Of a stretch of 64,000 nt of DNA, positions 11,369-23,324 are shown piece after piece. This DNA comes from Lama guanicoe. Taxonomy: Eukaryota. Every line of letters begins with the position of its first letter. Position 1 is the stretch's first letter. The position numbers and the translations under genes are program-made. The notes under the pieces were generated by a model. The model worked only from the letters and a program-made list of their open reading frames with translations. It did not search any database and had not been told where the DNA came from. The stretch is taken from NCBI GenBank assembly GCA_013239625.1, contig MU053881.1:4423957-4487956 (forward strand), given 5' to 3'.

Positions 11369-11599
11369 TTTTATACATGCATTGACAGGTCCTGAAGCCA
11401 AACTGCAAAGCTATCCCATAGGCATGGGGTCTTATCCTATTCCCAAAGTATTTCAAGTCCTTGGAAGCTAATTTCAACTTCAGTATGAGTTTAATAGTGT
11501 CCATAGGAGCCCCTGGACACTGAAACACGTTTGGGGCCCAATCAGATAAACCTCTGAAGAAAATTCAAGCATTTGGACAGCAGATCAGGTGTAATCAAT

Positions 11600-11950
11600 A
11601 ACCATGATCCTACCCACCGGGCACCACTCTCATTTCCTGAGAAGAACTCTGCCCTTACTCCAACCACCAGACCTCTCTCTGAAGAGGCCATGTTTTCTAT
11701 GACCCTGCTCCCCAACCTCTGTTGACTGGTCCAAACTGAGCCAATCGTGATACCCTCCTACCTCAGGCAGTTTTGATTGGCCCCATCCAGACCAATCAGA
11801 GACATTGTCTAGGACTTTTTGAATGGGAACTGAGGGAAGAGGATAGTCCCTCTCTGGTGACATGATGTGCAAAATGTTCCATTCAAGAATCAAGAGGTCG
11901 CAGATTCTCAGATATTTGACAGCTGAGACAACCTGCTGCTTTGTGTCCCT
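11600..11950. mobile_element. Old ERVL/MaLR LTR remnant (LTR16 or MLT1K/L-like)
   Basis: 'gactggtccaaactgagccaatc', 'gaccaatcagagac...ggacttttt' resemble these LTRs; subfamily uncertain. Confidence 0.45.
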
Positions 11951-12279
11951 GAGGACTCGTGAGGCTGGTGGCAGGAGAGTGGGGTAGAGGGGTGGGGGGT
12001 GGTCTTCTGTGGCTGCACTGTTCCGCACTACAGCCTGCTTCTCCCGGGGATTTCTCCATGGAAATGCTGCCCTCACGGGGGCCAGGCTCACTTTGGCCCC
12101 ACAATGCCCTCCAAAGGTCTTACTCCTCATCCTTTCTCTGGCCTGAGCCTTGCCCAGCTGGGCCTGGAATGGCGAACCCCAGAATTCCTGGCCGAGCGCG
12201 GAGCCCTTCTGCTGTCATCCGAAATTCACCCAGAGAGACCTCCCACCCACATCTGCTCCCTCCCCTCCAGGGGGCCGGG

Positions 12280-12555
12280 TGTGCACACGCACGGGGCACA
12301 CAGCTGCGCTAGGCGCACATGCACCAGGCACACACGCAGACGCACGCCCACTCACCCTCTCACAGCACGCTCCCATTAATAGATGCAGATTCACACTTCA
12401 TGGAGTACTTTGTGCCCTTGAATCCCACCCTCTCGTTTCCACGCATGCGCACACACACTCGGCCGCATCCGCACGCGGGCACAGGAGCATCCGCAAACGC
12501 CCATGACATCCAACACCCACACCCACACACACACACTCACAACACATCCCCACAA
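12280..12555. repeat. CA-rich low-complexity tract
   Basis: Degenerate cacacg/cacaca repeats. Confidence 0.8.
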
Positions 12556-14981
12556 TCCTCTTCTTTGGGACAAAGCAGACTTGCCCTGGGAAGCCCTTGT
12601 ACCCCAGTGTGTGCAAAGAGAGCAGGAGGAAGTTAGCAAGCGGATGGCGGGCTGGGGCAGGGGAGCAACACGTGGCAGGAACGGAAATGGGCTTTAGTCC
12701 CAGGATTTCAATAAAAAGGTGGTTTTATTAATATATTGTTTCATCATCATGCTGTGCTCACTTAACCTGATCGAGGGCAAGTTCACTGCCCTTGCCTGGA
12801 CTGGGGTTGCCCATCTGCAAGATGAAGTTAAAGGAAGTATTCTGTCATCTCCCCTGTCCCCCTGTCCCCTTGTCCCCCTGCCCCCATGCCACTGGACGGA
12901 GAGTGTGTGATTTCATAGGTAACTCTTGGCAGGTGTGAGAAACTCGTCGCCTGTCAAAGCATTTCCAAATCCCCACCTGACTGGATTCGCACAACCTAGA
13001 TGGGAACCTGGGGGCTCAGGATAGGCTAAGTCCCGTCCCCAGTTAGTGGTGGGGCCAACAGGGAGCACCTGGGTGTCCCCAGGGTTCTGGGTTGCCAGAG
13101 TGGCACAGACGCCTTCCCATCTCCTGTCCAGGGGTGGGGGGGATTCGCTCCCCCAGAGAAGTCACAACCCCTGGAACCTCCAGCTTCTCCCTTCTTTCTT
13201 TCATTCAACTACTAGTGAGCGAATATTCAGTACCTACGACAAGCTAGGAGCTGCGCCGGCCGCGAGGGTAGAGGCCATCGCTGCCCCCGGCCAGCCTGCA
13301 TTCCAGAAGAGGAGCAGTGAACCCTGCGTGTGCGTGGTGGGACTGAAGGTGGAAGTTCAGGGACCCCTAGGGGCACATGGGCGTGGGCCCTCAGGGTCCA
13401 GGAAGATTTCCCTGAAGAGGACTGATGCCTTCCTGGACTGGATTTGAAGGAATAAATGAAATGGCAGCGGAAGAGTGGGGGGTTCCTGTGCTGAGCCCCA
13501 AAGGTCAGGGAGCCAAGCCACTGCGAGAACTCACCCCCTCTCCCCTACCCCCCGCCACCAGTCGGCTCTGGGGACACAACCCTGCACAGCTAGTGCCTCC
13601 GAGGCCACCGACTCTCCTCAGAACGTCCTCCTTTCAGTGTCACCCAAAGGCTGGCTGCTGCAGGGCTCTGGGGACCCGCCAGCTTTCCCTCTGCTTGGCC
13701 TGCCTCCCCTCGTCTCCAGGGAAGCAGGCTCATCCTAGGCCTGATTTATTAGCCTCGTCCTGGAAGCATCCCGGATGCTGTCACTGGTTTCATTTACTGA
13801 CCTGCCTGAGGGCTGGGGAAGGAAATTCATTAGGCCGGGGGAGCTGGCGGCCGGGCCCATCTGTCTGGGCATCTGTGCCCCCATCCTCCCTCCCTCCCTT
13901 CTCTCCCCTCCCCTCCCCCTCTTCTGTTCTCTCCACCTGCAAAGGGAGGAGAGTTCTGTGCCTGCCACCTCGCTCAGGGTCACCAAGGCAATGACAGCAC
14001 AGGCAGACCTGGCCCCAGAGGGGAGGCAGAGCTCCTTAGGCATTGCAATCCCAGGCTCCAGGGCGTGCCGCCCTGCCCGGGGAGACAGAGCCTCGTCCAT
14101 CTGGGGCCCCGGAAACCTCTCTCCCGGTGCAGGTATACACCAGACCTGCCTTCTTTGTTTGTTGGTTTTTATTTTGTTTTGTTTTGTAAAAGGTGTCTTT
14201 CTGAGCAAGTCGTATGGAAATCAGATCTTCTGATGCTGTTATGTTTAAAGCTAAAGGCAAGAGGGGACTTCCAGGGCACTCTCATCCCAAAGCGGGGCAA
14301 GCAAGAGGATCTGAAAGGAGTACAGGGATCAGGGCCCTTTACTTTAATATGTATTAAATTCATTTTAAAAATATATCCATTTATAAGTAGCATATCTAAT
14401 CTTTGATTACTTAAGATATAATTGCTTTGAGTAAAGCTTTTAAATATTTTTAAAAGCAGATCAATTTTTAAAATGCTAAATAAAGAACAGTTACAGGAGA
14501 TGTACAGATTTGGCAAAAACATTATAGAGTTTAGGACACATCACTTTAAATGAACTAGGCAGTGAATGCATCGCCAAAGTTCAACTTTTCTTGAGGTGAG
14601 GGCCACCTTGACGAGGCCCGCCCATCCCGCCGAGGGGAAGTGCAACCCCGCGTCACCTGGTCCGCCAGCACCTGCTCTCCTCGGCCCCCAGAAGGGAAAG
14701 CACTCAAACCAGAGGTTGCCCGTGTGCCGTGGCCCTGGGGCTTTAAGCAAACATGGCCTCGGGTCTCAGGAAGTGTTTAGCCTCAGTGACTGGCTGGCAG
14801 TCACTGTCCCTGACATCTCGTACCATGGCAGCCAGTGGGGTGCAGGGAAGGGGACCCGCTCCCCTCCACACGGTTACCTCTTCTGGCCTGAGGAGACGTA
14901 AGGTGCTGAGACCCTTGGAGGCTGCAAGGAACAAATGAAGAGCAGCGTTTGCAGCTTCATTTGTGTTGGTGGTAGCCTGAA

Positions 14982-15580
14982 GTCTCTCTCTCTCTCTCAC
15001 AAAACACACACACATACACAGCAATCACTGTGCACACTCACCACCATCTACACACTCTCTCCCTGCCTCTCTTTCCCTCTCTCTCAACACACACACACAG
15101 AGCAATCACTGTCACCGCCATCTACACGCACACAGAGACACAGCCTACATCGTCACAGGCACCCATTTACATGCAGACAGACTGTCTCCTCAAACATAGA
15201 AATGTTGCTATGGATACACCCCCCCCACAAACATCTGCGTACATAAAAAAACATCAACACACCTTCATGTGTGCACATACACGTGCACAGACTCATTTTA
15301 CACACACATAGATACAACCATGCCCACAGTCACCTGCCTATATACACATGCACACGAGGACACAGCACTAGCACAGAGAGAAGCAAGCCCACAGACATGT
15401 CTGCCTGGATATTCAAACACATGCAAATAGAGAAAGGCAGGTGTCACATACACAAAGAAGGACACCTCTGCACAAAGACACACAACACACTCTCACACAT
15501 GTACAGCCATAGATCTGCCATGATGCATACAAACCAGTACACATGTAGGTGAACTCACACACACACACACACACACATAT
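14982..15580. repeat. (TC)n/(CA)n degenerate microsatellite tract
   Basis: 'tctctctctctctctcac', many 'acacacac' runs, pure (CA)n near 15556-15577. Confidence 0.85.
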
Positions 15581-15959
15581 GAAAAGGATGTGAATATATA
15601 CTCCCAGCTGTAGTACAGAACAGCCACCTTTGGCTTGGGAACGTCACATCAGACGTAACAGGATCTGTTGACCACGTGTCCCCTCTCTGCCAGCTTCTTA
15701 GCTCATAGAGGATGCCCCAGAGCAGGGCCTGAGCTAGGGGTCTAGGTACCAGGAGGAAGGTATCCCTGGCCCTCTGTCAGCCTCCCCTGCCACCGAGGTA
15801 CATGGGAGGGGCCAAGATCACACCAGACCCTCACCCCACACAAGCCTTTGGTACCTGATTTGTATTAGACACTCCATCTAGGGCTAGAGCATGAAGCCAG
15901 ATGACCCACTGACACTCAATCACAAGGACAGGAGAGAAAAGGGGGACCAGAGACCATTT

Positions 15960-16180
15960 GGGGTAGTGGAGTCAAGCAGACCAGAGTTCAAATGCTTCCC
16001 CTGCCTCTCCAAAGCTGTGGGCCTTGAGCAGATCACTTCACCTCTCTGAGCCTCAGTCTCTTCATCTATAAAGTGGGTGTGGTGATAATCCTAGCTCAAA
16101 GAATGGCATGAGGACTAAATCAGATGGTAGAAAGGCCAGACAAAGCACCCAGCACAGTTCCCAGCACATGGTAAGCAGAC
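15960..16180 (+). mobile_element. MIR SINE
   Basis: 'cagaccagagttcaaat...cacttcacctctctgagcctcagtctcttcatctataaagtggg'. Confidence 0.85.
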
Positions 16181-16187
16181 CGTGCAC

Positions 16188-16411
16188 CAGGGTTTCTCAG
16201 CCTTGGTGTTGCTGACATTTTGGGCCAGATAATTCTTGCTGTGCACGTGTGGTTGGGGGATGCCCAGTAGTACAGGATGTGCAGCAGCACCCCTGGCCTC
16301 CACCCACTAGGTGCCAACAGCACCCTCTTCCAAGTTGTGACAACAAAACATGTCTCCAGACACTGCCACATGTCCCCTGGGGGCAAACCTCTCCCCTGTT
16401 GAGGGTCACTG
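16188..16411. mobile_element. MER20 (hAT-Charlie MITE)
   Basis: 'cagggtttctcagccttgg...gacattttgggccagataattctt...ccaagttgtgacaacaaaacatgtctccagacactgccacatgtcccctgggggca'. Confidence 0.9.
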
Positions 16412-16929
16412 CTATAAATGTCAACTGCTCTTATTATTTCTGTTGCTATGGTTGTCATCATCATCATTAGGATGACGTTAGCTCTAAGACAGAACAGAAA
16501 GGGGACCCAGCGCAGAATGAGAACATGCCCTTATTCCAACAGTCACTTTCCTCCTCTCTCTCCTCCTCCCCTCCTCTTTCTCTGCATTTGCTCCCAAAGC
16601 CACCTCACCTGACCAGACCTGGCCTAGCTGAGAAGCTGAGGGGAACATGGTCAAGGCACCTGCAGGGGAGCGGGGAGTGGGGTTGGAATTGGTTCCCCCA
16701 AATAAGCAGGCTGGCCAGGAGCAACCACACACCTGGAAAGCAGGCTTCCAGGGACGAAGTTCAGGATGCACCCAACTTCTGGGTGACTTTGGGTGGGGTG
16801 GGAGTGGGGAGCCAGGACCAGGGAAGCCAAGAGCGAGGAAAGCCACCTGGAAAAACAAAGGGGCAGGACAAATGGCTTCTTGGAAAGGAACTTTGTTATA
16901 GTGATTAAAATACAAAATATTCATAGATT

Positions 16930-17390
16930 TTGACTAAATAATTCTTTACGAGAATCTATCCAACATACCACCAGTTTATAAGATTTGTGAGTTGTGTCTT
17001 TATCGCAGCACTGTTTGTAGTGGCAAAGATCTGGAAACAGCAGTTGTATGTCCATCAACTGAGGGCCAGTTGAGTAAATCACTGGTCAACCACCCAATGG
17101 AATATTAATGCAGTTTTAAAAAGAAATGAGCTATTTAGCCAATAATCTGGATTGCTGTCTAGGATACAGTTAAATGAGAAAAACAAGATATAGCATAATG
17201 CCAATAATGGGATCCCACTTTTTGGTAAAAAGCATCTAAAAAGCCCTATTTGTGTATGTGTTTGAGCATGAAGACCACTAACACCAGTTGCTGGGCAAGA
17301 AAGGAGGAATGAAATGAACGTGGAGAGGTTACTTTTTGTATAGATGTGTATATATCGATGCATGTGATCACTGGGCGTTCTCACTCGTAG
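16930..17390 (+). mobile_element. L1ME-type 3' fragment
   Basis: 'gcagcactgtttgtagtggcaaagatctggaaaca...tgtccatcaac...caatggaatattaatgcag'. Confidence 0.7.
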
Positions 17391-17509
17391 TAATGAGAGA
17401 ACCCTACTTTGTACAATTCTGCCAAAAAATTTAGTAAGGGATGTTGTTCAAGGAAAAGAACTCAGGACTGAACTAATCTCCGAATCTGCGGCTTTAGTGT
17501 ATGGCGGGC

Positions 17510-17990
17510 AATTCATTCATTCATTCATTCACTCATTGATTCACTCAACAGATACTTCCTGAGAGAGCACTGCTGTAGGCACAGCCCAGTGGCAGGAAAC
17601 AAGATGCACCCGTGCCTCTCGGAGCTCACGCCCTGGGGGAGAAGCAGACAACAGAGGAACACCTGTGTATAAAGCGTTGTGAGGTCATGTTTGCATGAAA
17701 AATAGAGCTGGGCAGGGACAGAGAGTGATGGGTGGTGGCCTGTCCTCTAGATGGGGTGGTCAGACAAGGTCCCTGGGCACAGACCTGAAGGGACTGAGGG
17801 AGCAAGAAGCCAGGGAGAGACTCGAGCAAGAGTGTTCCTACAGAGGGTTCTGAAGGGTAAACCCCTGGCGACACGTTTGTCATGTTCACGCACAGGAGAT
17901 GGTGCTTTGCACACACAGGAAGGATGCTGAACTTGAATGCAGATGAGGAGGACACCTTTGGAAGGTTTTGGGAAAAGGAACACAATGGTC
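17510..17990 (-). mobile_element. L2 3' end
   Basis: (ttca)n tail 'attcattcattcattcattcactcattgattcactcaacagata' followed by L2 body. Confidence 0.8.
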
Positions 17991-18219
17991 TTATTTCCCC
18001 CTGGCCAGGTTGGCTAAAGAGTCTCAAGTTTCTTCTAGAAAAGCAGGCTGCATCGTTTCTGGACTTCGTCAAGACTTCCATCAGCCCAGGCCCTGGTAGT
18101 CCTGGTGGGCTCAGGCAAGAACTGAAGGCACACAACACCCCAGTCGTTCTTATGAACTAAAGCCCTGGATGCAGACCAGTGGGCACTCTCATCTTTCGCT
18201 GGGGGGAGAAGCCTCGCAG

Positions 18220-18660
18220 AATGATCCCTTTGGAAACAGTCCAGCTTTACCCAGTTCAGCTGAACACACACATACCTGGGGAGCCACAGCTGGAGTCCCG
18301 GCTGTGTACCCTCCAGACACTCACGCACTCGCGTGCCTGGAGCGCACACTCATGGCAACACTACTAACGATTGCAGAAATCAGAACAGCCCAAACGTCCA
18401 GAGAGTAGAATCCGTGAGGAAACAAGGCGATACTCCTCCCACAGAACACAGCCCAGCAGTGAGGACGGATGACCCGCTGCACACCCGGGCCTGGGGGAGC
18501 CTAATGCGAGTGAAATCAGCAAGTCACAGAACGCGTCCAGTCCGATTTCATTTACACAAAGTCCCCAAGCAGCCAAAACTGCTTTCACATTGCATAGGAA
18601 TCCGTAAGTAGGTCATCAAATTATAAAGAAAAACAAGGGAAGGATTAACACATCATTCAA
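18220..18660 (+). mobile_element. L1ME-type fragment, GC-shifted
   Basis: 'ctttggaaacagt', 'aacagcccaaacgtcca', 'gcaagtcacagaac...gatttcatttacacaaagt'. Confidence 0.65.
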
Positions 18661-18747
18661 AATAAGGTGGCATAGACATCGTAATTTTTTTTAAGTGAAA
18701 ATAGTTGATACTTCATTGTGTAACTCACTTAAAAAGAAGTCAAAATT

Positions 18748-18858
18748 AGAGGGGAGGATATAGCTCAGGGGTAGAGTGCATGCTGAGCGCTGGGTTCAAT
18801 CCTCAATGCCTCCATTAAAAAAAAAGTAAATAAATAAACCTAATTACCTCCCCCCACC
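18748..18858 (+). mobile_element. Camelid tRNA-derived SINE (Vic-1 type)
   Basis: 'ggggaggatatagctcaggggtagagtgcatgct...ctgggttcaatcc' (A/B boxes), tail 'aaataaataaacctaattacctcccccc'; TSD aaaagaagtcaaaatt (18732-18747) / aaaagaagccaaaatt (18859-18874). Confidence 0.85.
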
Positions 18859-19039
18859 AAAAGAAGCCAAAATTTATTAATATCTCCGACTTATTTTGTT
18901 GTTAAAGTAGAAGATGCTGATCAGATTATCAAGATATGAAATTAACCCCTCCTCCCTTTTCTGTGAGGTTGTAGGTTTCCAGCAAAAGAGCGCCGCACAG
19001 AGGCTGTGTTGTTTCAGCCTTGAAATAAGCTACATAATT

Positions 19040-19570
19040 ATGCCCATTTCAGAGGGAAGCAGAGTGAGGCTCAAAGAGGTACGGGCACCTACCCAAGGTG
19101 ACCTGGGATTCAAATCCAGGTCAGTGTGACTCCAAAGCCAGAAAGGACTCAAAGCATGGGAAGAACCGAAAATAGGCCAGGGTGGCTGGTGTACGGTGTG
19201 TGAGGGCCCGAGGCTGCAGGGGTTTGTAGGTCGCGGAGAGAAACGTGGGTTTTATTAATGGTGCCCTGGGGAGCCACTGATGGGTTTTAAGGGCAGAACA
19301 GTGACAAGGCCAGATCTGCATTTTATAAAAATTCCTCCAGCCGCTGTGTCAAGAATAGACTGGGAAGGAGCCAGAGTGATTGTGGAGACAATCCCTGCCA
19401 CGGCGTCGAGTGCAGACAGAGGGGAGCTAGCACATTCTCGAGACTTTTCAGGGAGGGTCACCCAACTTGACGACGGATTGAACTGGGGGCTTGAGGAGAA
19501 AGGAGAGGTCAAGGGTCATCCAGGTTTCTGACTTCAACAACTGAGTAGAAAGTAGTGACCTTTGAAATAA
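19040..19570 (-). mobile_element. MIR followed by L2 fragment
   Basis: 'gtgaggctcaaagaggt...gggattcaaatccaggtc'; L2 'ggggagccactgatgggttttaagggcag...ccagatctgcatttt'. Confidence 0.75.
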
Positions 19571-20089
19571 TTGAAGAAAAAGCAATTGGAGGAAGGGGAA
19601 GCCCTTTAATTAAATAGGCCTTCTGGTTTCTGTCCTGGTCCCCACGCTGGAGCAAAGGGACAAGCATGAGCTGCAGTAAGAGTCGCCCCTGCCCCCCAGC
19701 AGAGGCTGTGCCCCCAGCCTGCCCATGCACCCCGACTCCCTTTCTCTGCTGCTCAGCCCTTTTCCAGGGGCTCCCTCTGCCTTTCATGCAAACTGATGCC
19801 TCTGTGGGCCCAGGCCTGTCTGAAGCCCTGGGGGAGTCCAGGCTCGGCTGCCAAGCTGCAACCCCCCCACCGCCGTGTATTTGGTGTTGTTTGCTCCTCT
19901 TGCCTTGGGTGAAGTCCTCTGGTTCTCTGCCTTTTGCAAGGTTGGAGAGAGTCCTCAAAAATCTGGCCTAGGAGCTACCAAAAACTGCTTTCAGGGTCTC
20001 CAGAAGTTGGGGAGGAGCATGAAAAGCAACTGAACATATTTCTTCTTCCCCTAAGTGTGCCTCTGAATTATTTAATAATTTGCTTTTCC

Positions 20090-20360
20090 TGGAGATGGTA
20101 GAACAGAGTGCTTTAGCCAGTGGCCTTTGGAGTCACACAGTTTTAGGATGCAGCCAGCTCTTGCTGCAGCCATAGCTGTGTTATCTTGGGTGTGGGAGCC
20201 CAGGGCCTGGCACATAGTAGGGCCTTTTACTTAATGGAAGATGGTAGTAATTTAAGGAAGGTGAGAATGGACGAGAGAACTATGGCTGGAAGAGCCCTTA
20301 GAGATCTTCATGCCATTATAGAGGTGGGGTAAACTGAGGCCCGGAGAGATTGAAGGGTCT
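20090..20360. mobile_element. MIR fragments
   Basis: 'tttggagtcacacag...agctgtgttatcttggg...gcctggcacatagtagg'; 'gtaaactgaggcccggagag'. Confidence 0.65.
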
Positions 20361-20539
20361 GCTCTAGGAATTCCATTAGATGTAGAAGTGGGGAGTAAAT
20401 TCCACCCCTTGACCCCCAGTCCAGTTTTCCCTCCAGACCTCCTCTGGGAGAGCTGGGGACACTGGCGGAGGCAGCAGAAATTACACAACACGTGCTTCCA
20501 GTTGACCGTGAGGCTGGTCTAGAGCAGAGGCACACGGGT

Positions 20540-20935
20540 GCCATGGGCTGGGTGGGTTTGCCTGTTTGCACAGGGTAGGCAGCACGATGATCTGAAAAAT
20601 ATCTGAACACGTTGCTACAATTTACAAATCAGGAGGTTTCAGATAAAAATCCAAATTACTGAATTTTGGGGAAAAAATCAGAAGATGTGATCACCCTGGA
20701 CCTGTATTCATTCATGGCAATACCTGGCTGGACCTGGTGCTGCTCCCTTTGGCTGGCTCTGCGCTCTCTACTTTGCCACAGTCTCCACCCCTCTCTATTG
20801 TCTCCTGGATACTACAGGCCGGTGTTGCCTACAGTCGACCATCATGCTTGACCTACTGCATTTTGAACATGCGGCCCACTTCCCTCATTTGTCTGGCCTA
20901 CCCTGTCACGTAGTCATGCATTTATGATTCTGGCC
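20540..20935 (+). mobile_element. MER102-like hAT-Charlie element
   Basis: 'aaatcaggaggtttcagataaaaatccaaatt...aaaatcagaagatgtg...tttgccacagtctccacc...ggcccacttccctcattt'. Confidence 0.75.
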
Positions 20936-21589
20936 CCAGAGCATCTCCTTAAAAAAATATTTTTAGGAGACAGAGCTATATACACATTCTAACCCATCTG
21001 TACCATATTACCTTCTGTTGTGTAATCCTGAGTCATTTCTCCCAAACTCGTGGCAAATGAAATCTTCCTCCTCACGTCTGTTTGGAAATGGAAAATCCTG
21101 CCTGCAGTCTCGTGGGACCCTTTCTCTAGATTCCTCACTTTTCCTCTTAGTTTGGATTTTACCAAGGGTTACGGTCCTCACTTTTCCACATTTTTTTCCT
21201 TCCCCACCTCCTAGCCCCCTTGCCTGCCCGTGAAGGGCCGCTCCTCCTCTACTCCGTGCAGAAGCCCAGCTCTGCGCTCTGCCCCCTGCAGCTCGGAGGG
21301 GCTTGCTCTTCCTTTCTGCATCGGGGGAACAGACAGCATCGCCAAGTGCACTATTTACCTGGGAGGTGGGGCAGGGCTGAGGTCAGATTTCTTGAATTTC
21401 TTGGAGCAGGAGAAACAACCATCACCTCCCTCCCCCCACGGGCTGCTCTGGACAGTGGGGTGAGAAATCTTTACCTGCCTCGTCTCCACTTTCGGAGATG
21501 AATGAATGAAATGTCCTGCCTGTTCAGAGCCTCTGTTCAGGCCTGCAACACTTTCAAACATGCTGTAGCCTCCCAGCCAGCCTCCCTAC

Positions 21590-22090
21590 CTCCACCTCTT
21601 CCCCTCCTGCCCCTTTTTCACCCTGCCTCAAGCATGACCAGGTCTCTCCAGTGCTTAACTGCCATCCAGAGCTCCCCATCACCTCCAGAACAAAGCCTAA
21701 GGCCTTAGCCACCCGGGTGGGGCCACCAAACTTCCCAGCCTCATCTCTCGCCTTCCCCGTGAGCCGTGGGCACTCGGGCCAGAAAGCCGCAAGCTCTCAC
21801 CTGGTCCTCTGTTTTGCCAGTGCTTCTTCCCCTACCAGCACAATCTCCCGTCCAGCCTTTAGGAATCCGCTTAAATACTCCTCCTTCCTGACTCTTTGCC
21901 CCACCAAAGTGGTTAAATTGTCTTACTCCTGCTCCGTGCTCATGCCTCTGTGCTGTGGCCTGCACGGTTAGACTGTGTTTATAGATGTCTCCCAGATTCT
22001 GAGGCTCTCAGACAAGGACCCTCTGGTTTGTGTCCTCAGAACCTGGCATGGGGCCTGGCAGGAGGAATGGCTAATAAAGACTGAGGAGTT
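21590..22090 (+). mobile_element. L2 3' region
   Basis: 'ctccccatcacctccagaacaaagcc', 'tgaggctctcagacaaggacc...agaacctggcatggggcctggca'. Confidence 0.6.
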
Positions 22091-22406
22091 GAAAAACGCA
22101 GCACTGAATTTCAGCCAAGGCGTAGTAAGGTGTTTGCAGTTGGAAGAAGCTGTCCTTGGGTCCTTTGAAAATGTGTCTCCTGCTTCATACAAACAAAATC
22201 TCTCTCCTTCAAGGAGATGACCATGGGCCCTCCACCCTTGCGAGCCACAAGGTCCTTCCTCTTCTTCATTCCTCTCACAGGAGTAAGTCCTTTGGTTAAA
22301 CACACTAGACCACAAGGTGCCCTGAGTTAACAACTGACCGTTTTGTGGGTCTAGATCTTATGACTCCAAATGGACAGTAAGTTCCTCAAGGGCAAATCTG
22401 TGATAC

Positions 22407-22630
22407 TTATCTGTCTATCTATCCGTTCATCTATCCATCTATTCATCTGACCATCCATCCATCCATCCATCCTTCCACCCATCTATCCATCTGACCATCC
22501 ATCCATCCAATGCATCCATCCAAACAACCATCCATCTGACCACTTGTCTATCCATCTATTCATCCAACTATCCATCTGTCCATGCAGCCATCCATCCATC
22601 CATACATCCACCCAGCCGATCAAGCATCTA
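22407..22630. repeat. (TCCA)n/(TCTA)n degenerate tetranucleotide repeat (expanded L2 tail)
   Basis: 'ccatccatccatccatccatcc' arrays. Confidence 0.9.
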
Positions 22631-22870
22631 TCCTGTACCACACACTCCGGTGGGTACTGGGGAAAACATGGAAAGCAAAATCAGATGAGCTCTCTGCCCT
22701 CATTGCTGCTAACAGTGTAGTCTGGTAAAGGAGACATGCAAACAGATACTGCCAAATAAATGTAAAATATCAACTGTGACAAGTACTTTCGAAGGAGAAA
22801 TCAGCGTGCTGTGAAGTTCTGTAACAGGGTGCCTGGTCCTGGTGCGGGGGGCAGGAAAAGCTCTGGGTGG
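22630..22870 (-). mobile_element. L2 3' end
   Basis: 'ctctgccctcattgctgctaacagtgtagt...tgtgacaagtact'. Confidence 0.65.
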
Positions 22871-23324
22871 CAGCAGCAGTGAGAACACAGGAGAGCGTAG
22901 TACAGAAGAGCAGGTGCTGTGGAGCTGGGAGGCCATGTCCAGGAGCCCTCTCTTTGTGTACGAGTAACACAAGACAGGGGCCTGTGTGCAGGCAGCATTG
23001 CGCCACCGAGCTGGCGTTCTCAATGCTTCTTTGTTCATTCATTTAGACGAACGTGCCCAATAATATATATGCATTTTTCCTGTGATGTCACTTTCTCTTA
23101 CATAATGCAAAGTGTATATTTATACACCGTGGACGTCTATATATAAACACACAGACACACGCACATATGCACAAGCACACGTGCACAGAGCTTCTCCCTC
23201 CTCCCAGATGCTCAGTCTACAAAAGGTAGTCCACTGAAATGCAGTCAGCATCGTTGTCATCTTCAGAGTTATGTAACAATCACACCTTATACTTCTACAA
23301 AATAGTATATATTTGATACTCATA

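Noticed and set aside
14436..14457. Hairpin gcttttaaa-tatt-tttaaaagc
   Set aside because: A 9-bp mostly A/T stem in an AT-rich patch is expected by chance.
18751..18815. tRNA-like sequences with A and B boxes (also 25819-25890 and 39070-39149)
   Set aside because: They have A-rich tails and TSDs and no intact cloverleaf, so they are SINEs rather than tRNA genes.
22407..22630. Regularly spaced short repeats, possibly CRISPR-like or a satellite
   Set aside because: A degenerate (TCCA)n microsatellite grown from an L2 tail, with no repeat-spacer structure, in mammalian DNA.
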